Assembly: GCA_964016885.1 (NCBI GenBank)
Contig: OZ024742.1
Span: 50,840,001 to 50,904,000 of the forward strand
Length of the DNA stretch: 64,000 nucleotides
From: Eledone cirrhosa
Taxonomy: Eukaryota
Direction of reading: 5' to 3'
In this document: positions 60,019-64,000 of the stretch, one piece after another
How the letters are laid out: every line of letters begins with the position of its first letter
Position numbering within the stretch: the stretch's first letter is position 1
Made by a program: the position numbers and the translations under genes
The notes under the pieces: model-generated
Told to the model about the DNA's origin: nothing
Database searches by the model: none
Seen by the model: only the letters and a program-made list of their open reading frames with translations

Positions 60019-63000
60019 TTTTCTTTATTAAACACAAGGGTTTACATAAAGTAGACATTAAGGACAGTACAGGACAATCCAGGACGGTGCAAATGGGCAT
60101 ACCTGCGTGTAAAAAACAGAAGATGTAATAAAATAACAAAGAAAAATTCCCCAATAGGGGGGAGACTTCCGAGGGACATTTGTGGAGAAAGGCCATTAAA
60201 AGACCACAGTGACCCTGACCACCAGGGCAAGTGCCCTCTCCCAGTTTTCCACCTTTAATTTACAGACACATACTCAGAGTAGGCCCATTCACTTGGGCCA
60301 TACTTGCTTCTCTCACCCATCTTTCACAAAATGCTGGGAAGAGAGCACTTCCCTCTCTACCCTGATTTTCCTTTTCAAATGAAATTTGAAAAAGTTAATC
60401 AGGGCATCACCGAAGAGGTAAGTGCTCGTCTTCAGCCCTTTCAAACGTGTCCACCATACTATCTCTTTCGCCATGGCCACCAGACAGATAAAAACTGCCT
60501 GCCGTTCCCGGCTAAAGGAAGAGGGCGGGGCAATCCTCACGATGGACTCAGCTGATAGCCGGATCCGTCCTACACGTGACAGCAGGTGTTCGACATAAAA
60601 TCACAAGTCAGCAATGCTCGGACACTGGACGAGTGCGTGCAGGTCGGTTTCGTCGCCCTGCGTGCATCTCGGACATGCCCGTCTGACGTAATCTCCATGC
60701 CTGTAGAGTTTATCCCGAACTGGCAAAGCTCCTCCCATGCCAAGGATATCTGGATGTTGTCCATAGGCCCCTGCCCGAAAGTTCTTCAGAAGAGATTGGC
60801 TAGTTGATTTTCGTCGACACCTAGAGTTTCCCCAAGTACGTCGTGGCTCTTCCCCTCCACTAATCCTCTATAGAACGCCAAGGGGGAGTTTCCACCGATC
60901 ATATTGCCCGATTGTTCGAGGGCTGTGAGCGCCTGAAGACTTCCAGTCTCCAAGCGCTCCCTATCGGTCACGCATGACCCAGGACTGCAGTTTCGTCAAG
61001 GAGACGAGCTGGGGAAAGCCGCGTCTAGCAAACGGCGACCACACCTGATCACCTTCGAGGAAGAGGGGGAGATGTCGTAGCCTGAGCGCGTGTCTGCGCA
61101 TCATCAGTCACGGCATGCCCAGCCCTCCACGTAGCGGAAATTGACAGCAGATGGACCGCCTGACCTTCGCAGCGCGTCACTTCCGCAGAAAGCGAAAGAG
61201 CAAACGCTGCAGAGCAGTCAGGCGAGGATTAGGACAATGTACGACGGTCAGGCAGTAGTAGATGACGGACGCGATATACGCTTTAGCCACCTCCGCTCGA
61301 CCTTTCAGGCAGAGCTTCCTCTCCACCCATTTCTTGGTGAGAGAAGGCACCCTGCCCGTCACCTCGTCCCAGTGTTTGTCCGTCTGGAGGTCCGAACCGA
61401 ACCAGAACCCTAGCAATTTAACCGGTCCGTCTCTCCAGCGCCCGACGACGCTGTTGGACGGCATGGATCTGCCTCTCCAGGTGCCGAGCTACAGGCCCAC
61501 TGACCGTTCCTGGTTGATCATTGCTCCTGTCACCGCTTCGTATTCTCTTAGTGTAGTGCCGATCGCCTCGATGTGTTTGGCGTTTGACACCACTACGGTG
61601 ACATCGTCCGCATATGCTGACACGGATCTTCCGCATCCTAGTTCGCGCGGGACCCCCTCAACGTCTCCAGTTTGTGCAGTAATGGCTCGAGAGTCAATAC
61701 GTACAAGAGGGACGAGAGGGGACATCGTTGGCGGACCGAGCGCATGATGTTGAACGGTTCCGAAAGGTGACCGTTCATTCTTATCACAGAGATGATGTCG
61801 CTCTGCATGTGAGCGATCAAGCCTCTGAAGACGGGCCCAAAGCCAGCCGCCCTCAGGACTGCCGCTAAGTAACGATGGTCGACCCTATCGAAAGCTTTCG
61901 ACTGATGTAAATTGATCAAGGACCCACCCGTGCCAGGTTACCTAGCTACCCTCTCCACGATGTATCGCATGAGGTGGAGGTTTCCGTGGATGGATCTGTC
62001 GGGAATCGTGCATGTCTGCGCCTCTCCCACCAGACCACGAACGACAAGTGCCAACCTCTTTGCTAGCATCTTCGCCAAAATCTTGAACTCTGTGTTTAGC
62101 AGAGTTATGGGCCTGAAATTATCTATGTTATCCGCCTTGTTCGGATCCTTTCTCAGCAGTCCACCGCTCCTCGGCTCACAGATCTGAGAATTCTCCAGTT
62201 CTGTTGCCAGTTGCAGTAGACGACCACCAAGAGGCCTCCGAACAAGTCTAGCTTCTGTACGTAAAGTTCATAGGGCAGACCATCCAAACCAGGCGATTTA
62301 CCCCTTATGCAACCAGTCATTGCCTCCCGTACTTCAGCGGCTGTTATCGGCTTTTTGCAACACTCCGCCTCAGTGGCCGAGAGCCGCGGCAGTCCGTCGA
62401 GGTAAACACTAAAGCCATCCCTGGACCCGGCCCGCCGCTGACCCCGAACAGCTGAGAGAAGTGTCGCTGAAAAGCTTTACACATTGCCCGGGATCGAGTA
62501 GCATGCGCCCGTCGTGGTCCACCAAAGAACGGATCGTGGCTTTTTTGCCACGGCGCGCCTCCGCTACTCGGGCTCATTGAAAGGTTTCGTCCACTCGTGT
62601 CTCAGAGCACGCACCCTAGCTCTGACAACGCAGCCTTCGTGCAATGCATTGAAGAATTGGCCAAATGTCAATTTTGGCGCAAGTACGTCGGTCGCGAAGC
62701 CTTTGCTAAGCGCCTCGTCTAACTAGTTCTCCCTATGCTCTATTTTTCTCTATAGCTAAAGCCTTACTAAATCTAATGGACTCTATTCTAATCACTCTTT
62801 TCAGAGCAAACCACCACTTGTTGTTTACGATGCCTATCTAAGTTGTTTACGATGCCAGTCTATGAAGCCTATCTAAGTCAACCACACAGATCAGGAATCT
62901 GTGGTCCGTGTAGCTGACTATCTTGAATTCTGGACAGGCTATGCTAGACCTATCTATTTCCCTACAAAATACTCTATCTAGATATGATCTGGATGACCCT

Positions 63001-64000
63001 ATGCGATTTGTCCAAGTCCACATTGGTACATTCGGGAAGTCCATTCGGTACCTGTCAGACAGTTCAAAACACCTGAGCAGGTTGGTGAGACTCTTGCACC
63101 CTCCTTCCCTATCCACTAATCCCACACAATCCCAGCGTGCATCTAAGATCCCGTTCCAGTCGCCCACTAACACTAAAGAGCGGGACGTTCCAAGAAAGGG
63201 CTCCAGACGCCGGAAGAAATCAGGCCGCCCTGCTCCTGTCGGGGCATAGACGGCCACTAACCTGAAAGCTTGCCTTCTCCGCTGGTCACGTCCAGCACCA
63301 CCAACTTACCTTCTGGATCCAGGAAGATGGCCCGTATGGCAAGATCCAAACCTCTCCGAAAAAGCACCCCCCCCGATCCCGGACGGCTGGGAGATGCGTA
63401 CACATAGTAGCCGCCAAAGATCGGTGCGAAGGCCCGTGCTTCGGAGATTCTGGTTTCGGTGATGGCCACTACATCTATGTTTAGTGACCTGAGGTCGTTG
63501 AGCAGGTGGCCCTGCTTCCATGACGACCCCAAGCCACGCGCATTTATGCTGCCTATTCTGAGTGAGGTCATGTTGAAAAGGAGTGGAAAAGATGGGAAAG
63601 ACCACTTACCTTACTTCTCGTAGGGGAAGGACGGTTTTTCCATCCTTTTCACTGCTTGTGGCCTCCTCAGGAAGGATGTCCTTATAAATCCTCCTGGAGA
63701 GTGCTTGTCGGAAGTCTCCGATGTCTTTGGGGAATTTTTGTTTTAGTGTCATGTACGTTTTCTGTGTGATGCGAGTGATTTGTATGTGTGGAGGTGGTGT
63801 GAATTTTTGGGTTGTTGTGTAGTCTTTTTCTGTGATGCTAGTGTTGTGTTGGAAGTAGTGTAATAATTGCTTGTTGTTCAAATTTAATGCTGTGTAGTGT
63901 GTATCGTTTCGGTTGTTTTGTTTTGTTTGCGTTTGTTGTGGGTTTGTTTGTTTCGCATTTTGGTGACTTTTGTGGTGTAGGTGATGGTGGTGTTGGGGTT
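59975..64000 (-). mobile_element. Tx1/L1-like LINE copy 3 (ORF2 ~60230-63571, frameshifted; ORF1 end runs off the window)
   Basis: IGSINARGL, AITET, VYAP, GDWN, SYLDR, YTDH, QSKAFDRVDH, SVRQRCPLS and AYADD; (TTA)n tail. Confidence 0.92.

Overview
This is AT-rich, repeat-dominated eukaryotic DNA, probably intronic or intergenic. It is most likely from an octopod cephalopod, inferred from an octopus-type tRNA-derived SINE. I found no intact host gene, only one candidate 72-nt exon. Bases 1-50,400 are a nest of Penelope-like retroelements (PLEs: RT with a YRDD motif plus a C-terminal GIY-YIG endonuclease) and non-coding elements carrying hammerhead ribozymes (HHRs), nearly all embedded in (TA)n tracts. 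Most of these insertions, from about 100 bp to about 8 kb, are head-to-head fold-backs: both outer junctions are element 3' ends carrying an HHR, and the two 5'-truncated copies meet in the middle. Three non-coding, tandemly repeated HHR elements with monomers of about 540, 542 and 760 nt look like retrozymes. One carries a U3-A8 core-variant HHR supported by covariation, and one of its insertion junctions falls exactly at the predicted cleavage site. Bases 51,900-64,000 hold a head-to-tail array of Tx1/L1-like LINEs with a nested full-length RTE LINE. All protein-coding TE ORFs are decayed. All RNA structures were read by eye and need computational or biochemical confirmation.
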